Positions 1 through 10,836 of a stretch of 64,000 nucleotides of DNA are shown here, one piece after another (the stretch's first letter is position 1; the number at the start of each line of letters is the position of its first letter). Location: NCBI GenBank assembly GCA_965205265.1, contig CBDBGH010000003.1:2656001-2720000 (forward strand). The letters are read 5' to 3'. Below the pieces are notes generated by a model that saw only the letters and a program-made list of their open reading frames with translations, had not been told where the DNA came from and did not search any database. A program made the translations under genes and the position numbers. The DNA comes from Alphaproteobacteria bacterium (lineage in GTDB: Bacteria > Pseudomonadota > Alphaproteobacteria > Bin95).

Positions 1-179
1 AAGAAGTCCCTTCGGTCGCAGCGTTCGGCGGGCGGCGGCGAGACATTGACGACGGCCGCCACCACATGCTGCTCGCCGGCCAGGGTCGGCGGCAGCATGC
101 GGAGCGTCTGGCGGCTGGCCGCCGCCGGGGCGTCGTAATGCTGGCGGATCGCCAGCGCGATGTCGTAGAGCACCGCCAT
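1..179 (-). CDS. Transglutaminase-like family protein, N-terminal part (runs off the window edge)
   Basis: Manual translation from CAT at 177-179 gives MAVLYDIALAIRQHYDAPAAASRQTLRMLPP...RRDFF, the typical bacterial transglutaminase N-terminal domain; lies directly downstream of an ATP-grasp/alpha-E gene. Confidence 0.8.
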   Translation of the reverse strand, partial: MAVLYDIALAIRQHYDAPAAASRQTLRMLPPTLAGEQHVVAAVVNVSPPPAERCDRRDF

Positions 180-184
180 GGCGC

Positions 185-2386
185 TCAGGTGAGATAGGCC
201 CCGGAGACGAGGTCGGAGAGTTCCTCCAGCCGTTCCCCGAGAGCGGCCAGCGCCGCCCTGTCCACCGTCTCCGGCGTCTCGACCGCGATGGCGGCATGGG
301 CGCGCAGCGCGGCGCGCGCAAGCGGCGACATCACCCCGTGCGTCTCCGCGCCGGGCAGCAGCGCGATCAGGTTTCGCATCCGGTCCAGCAGGAAGAGCAC
401 CGAGCGCGGGTTCATGGTGTCGAACACCATGAGGTCCACCACCATGTTGCGCTGCGTGCCGAGCGAATAGCGGCGCTGGTAGGTCATGGTGCAATCGCCG
501 ACCTCCATGGCGAGGTCGAGCGCGCCCTCCGGCGCGGCCGGGTCGGCGAAATGCGCCAGCGCCGAGGCCATGCCGGACGCCCGCTCCAGCTCCCGCCCGA
601 GGATGAGGAAGCGCCAGCCGGTGAAGCGGTACATGTTCTCGTGGACGAGGCCGCTCAGGCCCGCAAGGCGGTGCAGCAGGGCGGTCATGATGCGCGCCGT
701 GTCGTCGCCGGCCCGGGCGGTCCGGGCCATCTCCTCGGCGGCCTCCGTCAGGTTGCGCAGCGCCGTCCAGCCGTCGATGGAAAAGCGGTCATGCACGCGG
801 CTCGCGCAAATGAGCGCGGAGTCGAGCGTCCCGAGCAGGCCCTGCGGCACGGCCTCGCCGGGGTCGAGCGGCAGGTCGTGGAGATAGCCCCGGAGGCTCG
901 CGAGGAGCGGGCTGTCGCGCACGCCGGTCTCCGCCATGCGCAGGTGGAGCGCGCGCAGCAGCCGGATCGCCGCCTCGGCCCGCTCGACATAGCGGCCGAG
1001 CCAGAAGAGGTTGTCGGCCGCCCGGCTCGGCAGCGTGCCCGCCAGCGGGCGGACATAGGCGTCGGAGGGCCTGACGGCCATCGTATCGACCGGCACGGGC
1101 TCGTCGCTCACTACCCAGATGTCGGCGACGGCGCCCGGGTCCTGCGCCGGGACGCCGCCGAGCCGGGCATAGCCGCCGGGCATCGCCCGCCAGCCTTCCG
1201 GCGTGCGCGCGAGGAAGAGGCGCAGGCTCACCGGCCGGGCCCGGAGCGCGCCATCGGTCCAGGCCGGCGCGGTGGAGAGCGGCGCGGCCTCCGCTTCCGC
1301 CGCCCACCAGCCCTCCGGCGCGCCCGGCGGCGGGCCGCCCCGGCTCTCCGCGATCCCGGGCAGAAAGGACGCGAGCGCCGGGTCTTCGAGCACGCCGGAG
1401 CCGAGCGCATTGACCGCCGAGAGCGCGCCTTCCCGGATCGCCGAGACGAGGCCCGGCACGCCGGCGCCCGATGCCTCGTCGAACTCCAGCGGGTCCGCCC
1501 GCCCGGAGCGGAGCCGGCGCCAGACGACCCCGAGCGGGCGCGGGCCGGCCACGGTGCGGACGGTGGCCGCGCCGTTCTCCACCGCGATGTCCTCGCCCTC
1601 GAACAGCATGAAGCCCAGATAGCGCGCCAGATAGGCATGCTCGAAATAGTTCGGACCCCCGGGACCGGAGGTCAGCATGCCCACGCGCCCGCCGCCGACC
1701 CGGTCGAGCCCGGCGAGCGCATTGCGGAAGGCCCGGAAAAAGCCGGCCAGGCGATGCACATGCGAGTCCTGGAACAACTCCTGGAACACGCGCTGCGTGG
1801 CGAGCCGCGTTTCCAGCGCGGTGCCGGCGCCGGCGGGCGAGTCGGTGCGGTCGCGCAGCACCCGCCACCGGCCGTCCGGCCCGCGCGCGACATCGAAGGC
1901 GAGGAAATGCAGCCAGTGGCCGGAAGCCGGCCGGACGCCGACCAGCGGGCGCAGCCAGGCGGGACTGGCTGCGACCGGCCCGGCCGGCAGCAGGCCTTCG
2001 GCCACCAGCCGGTTCTCGCCATAGAGGTCGGCGGCGACCGCCTCCAGCAGCTCGGCGCGCCGCAGGAGGCCGCCGGCGAGGCTCTGCCATTCCCGCTCAT
2101 GCAGAATGAGCGGCACCGGGCTGAACGGCCATGTCCGCTCGCCCGCGCCCTCCGCACCCTGCCGGCGGAAGAACACGCCGGCGTCGTGAAGATACTGCTC
2201 GCCGCGCGCCGTGCGCCGCGTCAGCTCCGCCTCGGAAAGCCCGGCGAATCCCTCCATGAACTGCCGCCAGACCGGCCTTACGCGGCCTTCTCCGTCGAGC
2301 ACTTCGTCGAAACCGCCGGCCGGCGGCCGGTAGCCGGAGAGCCCCGCCCCTTGCTCCAACGCCTGCCGCCTCGCCGGATGCAGCAA
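185..2386 (-). CDS. Circularly permuted type 2 ATP-grasp protein fused to an alpha-E domain
   Basis: Motifs [40 protein letters not shown]; C-terminal alpha-E motifs [29 protein letters not shown]; start codon uncertain. Confidence 0.88.
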   Translation of the reverse strand: MLHPARRQALEQGAGLSGYRPPAGGFDEVLDGEGRVRPVWRQFMEGFAGLSEAELTRRTARGEQYLHDAGVFFRRQGAEGAGERTWPFSPVPLILHEREWQSLAGGLLRRAELLEAVAADLYGENRLVAEGLLPAGPVAASPAWLRPLVGVRPASGHWLHFLAFDVARGPDGRWRVLRDRTDSPAGAGTALETRLATQRVFQELFQDSHVHRLAGFFRAFRNALAGLDRVGGGRVGMLTSGPGGPNYFEHAYLARYLGFMLFEGEDIAVENGAATVRTVAGPRPLGVVWRRLRSGRADPLEFDEASGAGVPGLVSAIREGALSAVNALGSGVLEDPALASFLPGIAESRGGPPPGAPEGWWAAEAEAAPLSTAPAWTDGALRARPVSLRLFLARTPEGWRAMPGGYARLGGVPAQDPGAVADIWVVSDEPVPVDTMAVRPSDAYVRPLAGTLPSRAADNLFWLGRYVERAEAAIRLLRALHLRMAETGVRDSPLLASLRGYLHDLPLDPGEAVPQGLLGTLDSALICASRVHDRFSIDGWTALRNLTEAAEEMARTARAGDDTARIMTALLHRLAGLSGLVHENMYRFTGWRFLILGRELERASGMASALAHFADPAAPEGALDLAMEVGDCTMTYQRRYSLGTQRNMVVDLMVFDTMNPRSVLFLLDRMRNLIALLPGAETHGVMSPLARAALRAHAAIAVETPETVDRAALAALGERLEELSDLVSGAYLT

Positions 2387-2408
2387 CGCCCGCGCTCCGA
2401 GCGCAGCT

Positions 2409-4634
2409 TCAGAGCCGGATCGGCAAGGACTCGACCGGTTTGCCGGTCAGGGCGAAGATCGCATTGGCCATCGCCGGGGCCAGCGGCGGCAGGCCCGGTT
2501 CGCCGACGCCCGTCGGCGGCGCGTCCGACGGCACGATATGCACATCGACCGGCGGTATGTCGGGCATTCTCGGCATGGTGTAGCTGTCGAAATTGCCCTG
2601 CTCGACCGCACCGTCCCGCAATGTGATCTCCGCGCCGTCCAGCGTCGTGCCGATCGCCATCGCGACGGCGCCCTCGATCTGGGCTTCGACCGAACGGGGA
2701 TTGACTGCAAGATTGCAGTGGATCGCGCTGGTGACCCGATGCAGCTTCGGCGCGCCGTCCTCGATCGAAAGCTCCACGACATGGGCGACGACCGAGCGGA
2801 ACGACTCATGCACCGCAACGCCCCAGGCGCGCCCGTCCGGCAGCGCTTTCGCGCCGTAGCCGGATTTCCGGAGCGCGAGGTCGAGCGCCGCCAGATGCCG
2901 CGGATGCTTGCCGAGCAGCTCGCGGCGCAGGTCCACAGGGTCGCGCCCGGCTTCGCCGGCGATCCGGTCGATGAGCGTCTCCATCACGAAGGCGGAGTGG
3001 GTATGCCCGACGGAGCGCCACCAGAGCATCGGCACGGCGACGGCGGGATGGTGGACCGAGACCGCAATCGGCAGGTCGTAGGCCGTGTCGGCCACGCCCT
3101 CCACCGCCGTCGCGTCCACGCCGTCCTTGACCAGGAAGGCCTCGAAAGCCGTTCCCTTGAGGATCGAAGGACTGACGATCGTGTGTTTCCAGGCCGCGAT
3201 CCGCCCGTCTTCGCCGAGGCCGATCTCGGCCCGGTGCATGGTGAGCGGGCGGTAGTATCCGCCCCGGATATCGTCTTCCCGCGTCCAGATCACCTGGAGC
3301 GGTTCGCTCCGGCCGGCGGCAAGCCATGCCTTCATCACCCGCGCCGCATCGGCCAGGTAGTCGGCCGTCGGGGTGGCGCGCCGGCCGAAGCCGCCGCCGG
3401 CGAACATGGTGTGGATATGCACCTGCTCCGGTTTCAGCTCCAGGATCGACGCGACCGTCGCCTGGTCGATGGTCTGGAACTGGGTGCCAGTCCAGATGTC
3501 GCAGCGCCGGCCGCCGCCGGTTCCGGACATCTCGATCACCGCATTCAGCGGCTCCATCGGCGCGTGGGCGAGGAACGGAAAGCGGAAATCGGCGGTGATC
3601 GTCTTTGCCACGCCGGCCATGCCGGACAGGTCGCCGGGGCGCGCGGGCAGGCCGTCGCTGCCGAGCAGCGCCGCGAACTGCGCATCGAGCTTGCCGCTGT
3701 CGGGCAGCTCAGCCGGCGCCTTCCATTGGATCTCGAGCCGCTCCCGGCCCATATGCGCGGGCCAGAATCCGTCCGCTACCACGGCAACGCCGGTGGCGCC
3801 GCGATCCAGATCGACCTGCATCACGTGATCGACGCCCTTCACCGCCTGCGCCCCTGCGGTGTCGAAGCCGGCGACGGCGCCGCCGAATTGCGGCGGGCGC
3901 GCGATCAGCACGGTCTTCATGCCCGGCCGGCGCATATCCATGCCGAAGGCCTGCCGGCCGGTGGATTTGTCGGCTGCGTCGAGCCGGTTCGCCGGTTTGC
4001 CGATCAGCCGGAAATCGCTGCTCTGTTTCAACGTCACCGAGGCCGGCACCGGCAGCGCCATGGCGGCTTCGCTCATCTCGCCATAGCCTGCGCTTCGGCC
4101 GTCGGCGGCAATCAGCCGCCCGGCATCGGTCCGCACCGTCGCGGCATCGACCTGCCACTCGCGCGCGGCGGCCTCGACGAGCATCGCGCGCGCCCGCGCG
4201 CCGAGTTCCCGGTACTGGGTGAAGCTGTTCTGGATGGAGTTGGAGCCGCCCGTCATCTGGATGCCGAAAGCCGGGTCCTTGTAGGCCTCGCCCGCCGGCG
4301 CGAGTTCCGCGCGCACGCTGTTCCAGTCGGCGTCCAGTTCGTCGGCCAGAATGCGGGCCAGCCCGGTGTGGGAGCCCTGCCCGAACTCCAGGCGGTTGAT
4401 CTGTATCGTGACAACGCCCTCCCGGTCGATGTGCAGGAAGGCGCCGGGCTGCTGGGCCGGCTTCAGCTCGCCCGCAGCGGCCTTCGGCGTTGCGGCCCCG
4501 GCGGCGGCGGGAAGCAGCCCGAGAGCGAGGCCGGAGGCGCCGGTCAGCTTGATGAAGCGGCGCCGGCTCATGTCCGTTCCGGCGGCAGCGCGCCAGGCGG
4601 GTCCGATCCGGTCCATGATGGAAGGATTGGTCAT
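2409..4634 (-). CDS. Molybdopterin-binding large subunit, xanthine dehydrogenase family (isoquinoline 1-oxidoreductase beta-like), Tat-exported
   Basis: SRRRFIK Tat signal; EFGQG, QMTGGS, HAPMEP, GGGFGRR, WWRSVG and GVGEPG motifs. Confidence 0.92.
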   Translation of the reverse strand: MTNPSIMDRIGPAWRAAAGTDMSRRRFIKLTGASGLALGLLPAAAGAATPKAAAGELKPAQQPGAFLHIDREGVVTIQINRLEFGQGSHTGLARILADELDADWNSVRAELAPAGEAYKDPAFGIQMTGGSNSIQNSFTQYRELGARARAMLVEAAAREWQVDAATVRTDAGRLIAADGRSAGYGEMSEAAMALPVPASVTLKQSSDFRLIGKPANRLDAADKSTGRQAFGMDMRRPGMKTVLIARPPQFGGAVAGFDTAGAQAVKGVDHVMQVDLDRGATGVAVVADGFWPAHMGRERLEIQWKAPAELPDSGKLDAQFAALLGSDGLPARPGDLSGMAGVAKTITADFRFPFLAHAPMEPLNAVIEMSGTGGGRRCDIWTGTQFQTIDQATVASILELKPEQVHIHTMFAGGGFGRRATPTADYLADAARVMKAWLAAGRSEPLQVIWTREDDIRGGYYRPLTMHRAEIGLGEDGRIAAWKHTIVSPSILKGTAFEAFLVKDGVDATAVEGVADTAYDLPIAVSVHHPAVAVPMLWWRSVGHTHSAFVMETLIDRIAGEAGRDPVDLRRELLGKHPRHLAALDLALRKSGYGAKALPDGRAWGVAVHESFRSVVAHVVELSIEDGAPKLHRVTSAIHCNLAVNPRSVEAQIEGAVAMAIGTTLDGAEITLRDGAVEQGNFDSYTMPRMPDIPPVDVHIVPSDAPPTGVGEPGLPPLAPAMANAIFALTGKPVESLPIRL

Positions 4635-4647
4635 GATGCGCTCTCCC

Positions 4648-5106
4648 TCAGGCCAGGTTGGCCGCGGCGGCCTTGACGGCCGCCCGGATGCGCCCGTAGG
4701 TGCCGCAGCGGCAGATATTGCCGGCCATCGCGTCGTCGATGTCGGCGTCTCCGGGCGCGGTGTTGTCGCGCAACAGCGCGACCGCGCTCATCACCTGTCC
4801 GCTCTGGCAATAGCCGCATTGCGGCACGTCCTTTTCGACCCAGGCCTCCTGGACGGCGCGGCCGATGCGGTCGCTGCCGATCTGCTCGATAGTGACCACC
4901 GAAGCGCCTTCCACATCCGCAACCGGCGTCACGCAGCTGCGCACCGGCTCTCCGTCCAGGTGGACCGTGCACGCGCCGCACTGGGCGAGGCCGCAACCAT
5001 ATTTCGTGCCGGTCAAATCGAGCGAATCGCGAAGCACCCAGAGCAGCGGCGTCGAGTCATCGACATCCGCGGTCACGCTCCGGCCGTTGACATTGAAGCT
5101 TGCCAT
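4648..5106 (-). CDS. (2Fe-2S)-binding small subunit (isoquinoline 1-oxidoreductase alpha-like)
   Basis: [32 protein letters not shown]; AGGAGG RBS before ATG at 5106. Confidence 0.93.
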   Translation of the reverse strand: MASFNVNGRSVTADVDDSTPLLWVLRDSLDLTGTKYGCGLAQCGACTVHLDGEPVRSCVTPVADVEGASVVTIEQIGSDRIGRAVQEAWVEKDVPQCGYCQSGQVMSAVALLRDNTAPGDADIDDAMAGNICRCGTYGRIRAAVKAAAANLA

Positions 5107-5248
5107 TGAATTTCCTCCTGTTCGAGCACCGCGCGCTTTGAACCAATCTAACCCCGAATCACGGATATGTCCGGTCCCGAAACCGGGAAAACGCACCTGC
5201 TGCCGGCGCTCCCGGCATGCGGCTCCGGGGCGGGCGGGTCAGGCGAAA

Positions 5249-5632
5249 TCAGACAGCCTCCGCCTCCACGCTCCCGGTTTCCCGTCGCAGTTTCATCAGG
5301 TGAAGGGGGAGTTCCGTGCGCAGCTTGCCCGCATCGACATGCCAGGGGGCGCCCCAGCCCGCCTGGACCGGGTCCCGGAAAGGGCCCGCCGGCACTGCCG
5401 TTCCTTCGAGGCGTTCCCTGCAGAAGCGGGCGGCACGGCCGAGATTGCCGTCGGGGTCCTCGACCCGGCCGCGCGCCAGTTCGCAGGCATAACCCAACTG
5501 GCGCAGAGAAGCCTCATCCTCGCGGCCGTCGGGCATATGCCGGCCGGCCGCTACCTTCGCGAGGAGTTCCATCAGGTCGCGTTCCCTGCGCCGCGCGGCG
5601 CCGAAGACATTCTCACGACGGCCCGGAGACAT
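5249..5632 (-). CDS. Hypothetical protein overlapping the 3' end of the DUF6036-like gene
   Basis: ORF with ATG at 5632 preceded by GAAGG, overlapping the end of 5613..6185; no family recognised. Confidence 0.5.
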   Translation of the reverse strand: MSPGRRENVFGAARRRERDLMELLAKVAAGRHMPDGREDEASLRQLGYACELARGRVEDPDGNLGRAARFCRERLEGTAVPAGPFRDPVQAGWGAPWHVDAGKLRTELPLHLMKLRRETGSVEAEAV

Positions 5633-6185
5633 CGCCTTCCCTCGCAACGATCTCTTTCGCTTCCTCGAAATTACGCCGGACAAACGTAGTATCCCCTACA
5701 TAGTAGTCCAGAGCTTCTTCCATTCTTTCCGCGAAGAGCGACGGATCGACAAGGCCGTGCGCGGCAAGCTGGCGGATGTCTTCCCGGTCGCGATCAGAGA
5801 ACCGTGCGACCTTCGATACCGCCAGATCGACGGGGTCCATTACGAGGATGACGATATTTCCCGCCCGGTGTACTTCCTGCGCCCGCTTCCCCCAATCCGG
5901 CGGAAACGACCCCATTGCGTCGGAAAAGCTGCCATCCATTGCAACCAGATGCCGGTCATGCGGATCGTCCGGGTTCGGCGCTTCGAAGACCTGCATGTCC
6001 GGCGGGATGGGAACGCGATGCGACCAGTCGATGTCCACATCGTCCGACATTCGGTGCCCCGTGTAGTAATTCACGGCGATACCGCCCGCGATCCTGGCCT
6101 CGACAGGTTCCCCGAGGTTCCCCAGGCGGTCCGAGAGAGATTCGAGATGCCGGCGCAGCGCGGGCAATAGCTGGCGATCCGTCAT
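5613..6185 (-). CDS. DUF6036-like (pol-beta superfamily) nucleotidyltransferase
   Basis: IAGGIAVNYY...RMSDDVDI (GG...DxD) and C-terminal DPVDLAVSKVARFSDRDREDI. Confidence 0.75.
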   Translation of the reverse strand: MTDRQLLPALRRHLESLSDRLGNLGEPVEARIAGGIAVNYYTGHRMSDDVDIDWSHRVPIPPDMQVFEAPNPDDPHDRHLVAMDGSFSDAMGSFPPDWGKRAQEVHRAGNIVILVMDPVDLAVSKVARFSDRDREDIRQLAAHGLVDPSLFAERMEEALDYYVGDTTFVRRNFEEAKEIVAREGDVSGPS

Positions 6186-6309
6186 GCCGGGCGCTCCTGC
6201 TGCTTGGTCTGCCTTTCGCTTTGGCGAGAAGTATATTCATGTCCAGCCCGGACACCGAGCCGCAATACTCCTTACGCCGCCACGGCCTTGTTGCGCGCGG
6301 CCGGCTGCC

Positions 6310-7230
6310 ATGCTTCCTTTCGCGCCGATGTTGAAGAACCTCTGGTACACGGGCGCGCCGCTCGACCGCGTCTCGCATCTGCGCGAGGACGCGGCCTGGG
6401 TCGCCGCGCGCCGGCGGGCGAAGGACACGCGGCTGGTGCCGGTCTGGCGCTCGCGCTCGCTGGTCCACACGGAGGACGACCGGGCGCTGATCCTGACCGT
6501 CGAGGAAGCCGGCGAGCTGCTCGATTCGGCCCAGCACGAGGTGGTGCTCGGGCTGGAGGGCGACACGCTCTATATCGGCCTCGACCTCTCCCATCTCGAC
6601 GACCCCTACGGCCATCCGCGCATCGAGGCGGAAGGCGCGTTCGAGGACCTGCGCCAGATCGGCCCGGTCATTCCGGCGGACGAGGGCGCCATCCTCGCCC
6701 ATGCTCGCGGCATGATGACCTGGCACCAGCGCCATCTCTTCTGCGGCGTGTGCGGCGCGCCGACGGAGGTGAGCCACGGCGGCTACCAGCGCAACTGCAC
6801 CGGCTGCAGCGCGCAGCATTTCCCGCGTACCGACCCCGCCGTCATCATGCTGGTCCACAAGGACGACAACTGCCTCTTGGGGCGGACGCACCAGTTCCCG
6901 CGGCGCATCTATTCCACGCTTGCGGGCTTCGTGGAGCCCGGCGAAAGCCTTGAGGAGGCGGTCGCGCGCGAGGTGTTCGAGGAGGCGGGCGTCACGGTCG
7001 GCGAGGTGCGCTACATGGCCTCCCAGCCCTGGCCCTTCCCGTCGTCGCTGATGCTGGGATTTCATGCCGAGGCGGAGGCGATGGCGCTCGATATCGACCC
7101 GAAGGAGCTCGAGGACGCCCGCTGGATGACGCGCGAGCAGATCGGCCGGATCGAGGAGTTCGACATGGAGCTGCCGCGCCGCGACAGCATCGCCTGGCGG
7201 CTGGTCAAGGCGTGGATGGACGGCCTCTGA
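6310..7230 (+). CDS. nudC: NAD(+)/NADH pyrophosphatase NudC
   Basis: Zn finger FCGVCG...C..C, FPRTDPAVIM, Nudix box GFVEPGESLEEAVAREVFEEAG, SQPWPFPSSLM. Confidence 0.95.
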   Translation: MLPFAPMLKNLWYTGAPLDRVSHLREDAAWVAARRRAKDTRLVPVWRSRSLVHTEDDRALILTVEEAGELLDSAQHEVVLGLEGDTLYIGLDLSHLDDPYGHPRIEAEGAFEDLRQIGPVIPADEGAILAHARGMMTWHQRHLFCGVCGAPTEVSHGGYQRNCTGCSAQHFPRTDPAVIMLVHKDDNCLLGRTHQFPRRIYSTLAGFVEPGESLEEAVAREVFEEAGVTVGEVRYMASQPWPFPSSLMLGFHAEAEAMALDIDPKELEDARWMTREQIGRIEEFDMELPRRDSIAWRLVKAWMDGL

Positions 7231-7261
7231 CCCGCCCGCGCCAGCAGGAAGGAGCCCTGCC

Positions 7262-8104
7262 ATGGTTTCGCGCCGCCGCTTTCTCGCAGGCTCGGCCGCC
7301 GCGGCGCTGCTGCCCCCGGCGGCCCGCGCCGCCGGTGCGCCGCTGCCGATCTTCGACGCCCATATCCATTTCAGCCACGATGCGGCCGCGCTCCTCTCCG
7401 CCGGCGAGGCTGCCGCCATTCTGGAGAAGGCGGGGCTGAAGCGGGCGCTGGTGTCGAGCTCGGGCGACGCCGGCACCCGCGCGCTCCACGCCGCCGCGCC
7501 GGACCTTGTGTTGCCCAGCCTGCGCCCCTACCGCCGGCGCGGCGAGACCGGCAGCTGGGTGGACGATCCGTCGGCGATCGACTTTCTGGAGGACCGTCTG
7601 AGGCGCTTCAGGTGGGTTGCGGTCGGCGAGTTCCACCTCTTCGCCCCGCAGACCGGCAAGGCCGTGCCGCGGCGCATGATCGAGCTGGCGCGCCAGCACA
7701 ATCTCCTCCTGCACGCCCACTCGGACGCCGGCGCGGTGGACGCCATCTTCGCCCAATGGCCGGAAGCGCGGGTGCTCTGGGCCCATGCCGGCTTCGTCGG
7801 TCCGGATGTCGTCGGCCCCATGCTCGCGAAGCACGCGAAGCTCTGGACCGACCTGGCCTTCCGCAGCGAGCACGCCCATGACGGCCGGGTCGATGACGAC
7901 TGGCGCGCCCTGTTCGCCGCCTTCCCGGACCGCGTCACGGTCGGCACCGACACCTTCACGCCGGAGCGGTGGCACTATGTCGCCGCGCACGCCGAGTGGA
8001 CCCGGCAATGGCTGGCCGACCTGCCGCCCGACCTCGCCGAAAGGATCGCGTGGCGCAACGGCGAGGCGATGATCCGGCCGCATCTCGCAAACCTCCGCAC
8101 CTGA
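7262..8104 (+). CDS. Tat-exported amidohydrolase (TatD/Amidohydro_2-like)
   Basis: SRRRFL Tat signal; DAHIH, GEFHL, WAHAG and GTDT metal-binding motifs. Confidence 0.85.
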   Translation: MVSRRRFLAGSAAAALLPPAARAAGAPLPIFDAHIHFSHDAAALLSAGEAAAILEKAGLKRALVSSSGDAGTRALHAAAPDLVLPSLRPYRRRGETGSWVDDPSAIDFLEDRLRRFRWVAVGEFHLFAPQTGKAVPRRMIELARQHNLLLHAHSDAGAVDAIFAQWPEARVLWAHAGFVGPDVVGPMLAKHAKLWTDLAFRSEHAHDGRVDDDWRALFAAFPDRVTVGTDTFTPERWHYVAAHAEWTRQWLADLPPDLAERIAWRNGEAMIRPHLANLRT

Positions 8105-8106
8105 CC

Positions 8107-8517
8107 ATGGCCCGGCGGCGCCTCGGCGGACCGGTTCTGGCGGCCGCGCTCGCGCTCGTTCTCGCAGCCGACCGGGCGGCGGCCTGTCCCCGTCCGGAGG
8201 GTTGGACCGGCGGCGCGAAAATCGCCGGAACGCTGTGGACGGCATGGTGGCGGGCGGAACCCGCTCCCGTTCCGGTCGGCGCGCATTTTTCCATCCGCTT
8301 CCATCTGTGCGGGCCGCCGGTCGAACGGGTCCGGGTGCGCGGCTGGATGCCTGACCACCGGCACGGCATGAACTACCGGCCCGCCGTGACCCTCAACGGC
8401 CTGTCCGGAAAGGCCGAGGGGCTGCTGTTCCACATGCCGGGCCGCTGGCGGTTGATGCTGGATGTCCGCGGCGCGGCGGGCGGGGAGACGCTGACCGCCG
8501 AAACGGTGCTGGAATGA
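8107..8517 (+). CDS. Secreted YtkA/FixH-like protein
   Basis: Signal peptide; MPDHRHGMNY and GLLFHMPGRW motifs; ATG 2 nt after the upstream stop. Confidence 0.75.
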   Translation: MARRRLGGPVLAAALALVLAADRAAACPRPEGWTGGAKIAGTLWTAWWRAEPAPVPVGAHFSIRFHLCGPPVERVRVRGWMPDHRHGMNYRPAVTLNGLSGKAEGLLFHMPGRWRLMLDVRGAAGGETLTAETVLE

Positions 8518-9728
8518 CGCCCCGGCGCTCCGGGACCCCGGTTGCCGCCCGGCTGGCCGGACTTGCGATCCTGTTCTGCATGGTTTCCGGCATCCCCACA
8601 CCGGCGCCGGCGCTGGACTTCACCGCCGCGGAAAAGCGCCGCATCCTGCGCCACGGGCCGTGGCCGCCGGCCCCGGCGCCCGATCCGAGCAACCGGGTTT
8701 CCGGCAAACCCGCCGCCATCGCCTTCGGCCGGGCGCTGTTCTTCGATCCGCGCCTGTCGATCTCGGGCGCGGTCTCCTGCGCAAGCTGCCACCCGCCGGA
8801 CCGGGCCTGGACCGACGGCCTGCCGCAGAGCCGCGGACAGCAGGTCGTGGACCGCAACGCGCTCAGCCTGTTCAACCTGCGGTTCAACCGCTGGTTCGGC
8901 TGGGACGGCGCGCAGGACACGCTTTGGGCGCAGAACCTCAGGCCGCTGCTCGACCGGCGCGAAATGGGCGTCGGCCCGGACGGCGCGGCGCGGCTGGTGC
9001 GCTCGGACAAGCAGCTTTCCTGCGGCTACCGGCGCGCGTTCGGCGCAGCGCCCGGCGCGGACGACGAACGGGTCTTCGTCGATCTCGGCAAGGCGCTGGC
9101 GGCGTTCCTGGAAACGCAGGTCACCGGCCGCACGCCGTTCGACGAGTTCCGCGACGCGCTCGCGCTGGGCGACGCTGCCGGCATGGCCCGCTATCCCGCC
9201 GCCGCCCGGCGCGGCCTCCGCCTGTTCGTCGGCCGGGGCAATTGCGCCGTCTGCCATTTCGGCCCGGCCTTCACCAATGGCGAGTTCGCCGACGCCGGCG
9301 TGCCGCATTTCGTCGAGCCCGGCCGGGTCGATCCGGGCCGGCTGGAGGGCATCCGCAAACTGCGCCGGAGCCCCTACACCCTGCTGGGCGCTTACAATGA
9401 CGATGCTGAACGCTCCACCGCCGCCAAGACCCGCTATGTCCGTCTGCGCCAGAGCAATTTCGGCGAGTTCCGGGTGCCGGGCCTGCGCAATGCCGCACTC
9501 ACCGCGCCCTATATGCATGCCGGCAGCCTCGGGACGCTCGCGGACGTGGTCCGCCACTATTCGACGCTCGACGAGGACCGGCTGCACGCCGGAGGCGAGC
9601 GGATTCTGCGCCGCCTGGACCTCGGCGCCCGCGAACAGGCCGATCTCGTCGCCTTTCTCGAAACGCTGACGGAAAAGCAGCCGCGCCGCGAAGCGATAGG
9701 GAAATCAGGCAACGCCATGTGCCGGTAG
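8514..9728 (+). CDS. Di-heme cytochrome c peroxidase superfamily protein (MauG/MbnH-like)
   Basis: GRALFFDPRLS, CASCH, WDG, CAVCH, FRVPGLRN, APYMHAG; ATGA overlap with the upstream gene. Confidence 0.92.
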   Translation: MTPRRSGTPVAARLAGLAILFCMVSGIPTPAPALDFTAAEKRRILRHGPWPPAPAPDPSNRVSGKPAAIAFGRALFFDPRLSISGAVSCASCHPPDRAWTDGLPQSRGQQVVDRNALSLFNLRFNRWFGWDGAQDTLWAQNLRPLLDRREMGVGPDGAARLVRSDKQLSCGYRRAFGAAPGADDERVFVDLGKALAAFLETQVTGRTPFDEFRDALALGDAAGMARYPAAARRGLRLFVGRGNCAVCHFGPAFTNGEFADAGVPHFVEPGRVDPGRLEGIRKLRRSPYTLLGAYNDDAERSTAAKTRYVRLRQSNFGEFRVPGLRNAALTAPYMHAGSLGTLADVVRHYSTLDEDRLHAGGERILRRLDLGAREQADLVAFLETLTEKQPRREAIGKSGNAMCR

Positions 9729-9777
9729 GGCGGCATCCGACCTTTCTGGAGCGGGGCAGCGGCGGACGGAGCGGATT

Positions 9778-10356
9778 TCAGCGTTGGGGGTCGATGAGGA
9801 TCGCGTCCGTTACGGAGACCGCGCCGTCGCGCCCGATTTCGAGCAGAAGGACCTCGCCGGAGGCGGTGCCCCGGCCCGTGAGCGCCTGGATATTCACGTA
9901 ATGGGTGACCAGGACGACGGTCTCCCCGGGGGGCAGGCCGAGCAGGAATTTCCGGAGTGCTGCCGTCTGAGCGCCGGCCCGGCCTCGATCCCGGAAGAAA
10001 GAGTTGAGCGCAGGCAGTTCCTCGACCGGGCCGAGGCCGAGGAGCCGGGCCGTATCGCGGCAGCGGCACCATTGGCTGGCGAGGACCCGGTCGATGTTCA
10101 CGCCGGCAGCGCGGATCGCCGTCCCGATCTCCCGCGCCTGCGCCCTGCCCCGCGCATCGAGATTGCGCTGGGTGGCGCAGTCGTCGAGGTCGAACGATGC
10201 GGGATCGCTGAATCCCGGCGCGAGCGCGTGGCGCATGATGGCCACGATGCCGGGCCCGGACAGGCGGGCAAAGCGCGCGTCGCCGGCCGCCGGCATCGAA
10301 ACGGGAAGGAGGAAGGCCAGCAGGGCGAGGACCGGAAGCAGGCGCGTCGAAAGCAT
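9778..10356 (-). CDS. Secreted histidine phosphatase family protein
   Basis: Signal peptide; MRHALAPG, CATQRNL, SQWCRCRDTA, LVTH. Confidence 0.85.
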   Translation of the reverse strand: MLSTRLLPVLALLAFLLPVSMPAAGDARFARLSGPGIVAIMRHALAPGFSDPASFDLDDCATQRNLDARGRAQAREIGTAIRAAGVNIDRVLASQWCRCRDTARLLGLGPVEELPALNSFFRDRGRAGAQTAALRKFLLGLPPGETVVLVTHYVNIQALTGRGTASGEVLLLEIGRDGAVSVTDAILIDPQR

Positions 10357-10361
10357 CGGAT

Positions 10362-10832
10362 TCAATCCCCCGCGAACGCGATCAGGCGCCCGCAGACAAG
10401 CGCGCCCGGCCAGCAGACCATCGAGAGGACGGCGTGGCCGGCCAGGCGGGCGCGCGGGGCATCCTTGAGCAGGAACCCGTGGGTCCGGCAGAGAGCGAGC
10501 GTGGACAGGACCCCGACGGCGATGAAGGCCAGTTTGAGCTGCAGGAATTCGACGCCGCTGTAGTCCCGCGCCCGGACCGAGAACAAGAGCGGCCCCGTAA
10601 GCAGGGCAAGGACGAGCCCCGTCGCCGCGACGGGCGCCAGCACCCGCACCGCGGCTTCGCGGGAGACGGCGCGCCACACGCCGAGAAGCCGCAGGTTGAG
10701 CGGGACGACGGCCCCGACCAGCAGGGCGACCCCGAAGATGTGCGCGGCGTTGACGCCGGCATAGCCCCAGCGCGAACGCCGCAGAAGCTGCGCGAGCGCC
10801 GTCGCCTCGAGCTCTGCGAACAGGGCCTCCAA
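10362..10832 (-). CDS. Four-TM membrane protein (DUF6644/DUF2214-like)
   Basis: AAHIFGVALLVG..LNLRLLG, TG.LLF, FLQLKL hydrophobic pattern. Confidence 0.75.
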   Translation of the reverse strand: MEALFAELEATALAQLLRRSRWGYAGVNAAHIFGVALLVGAVVPLNLRLLGVWRAVSREAAVRVLAPVAATGLVLALLTGPLLFSVRARDYSGVEFLQLKLAFIAVGVLSTLALCRTHGFLLKDAPRARLAGHAVLSMVCWPGALVCGRLIAFAGD

Positions 10833-10836
10833 GGCC

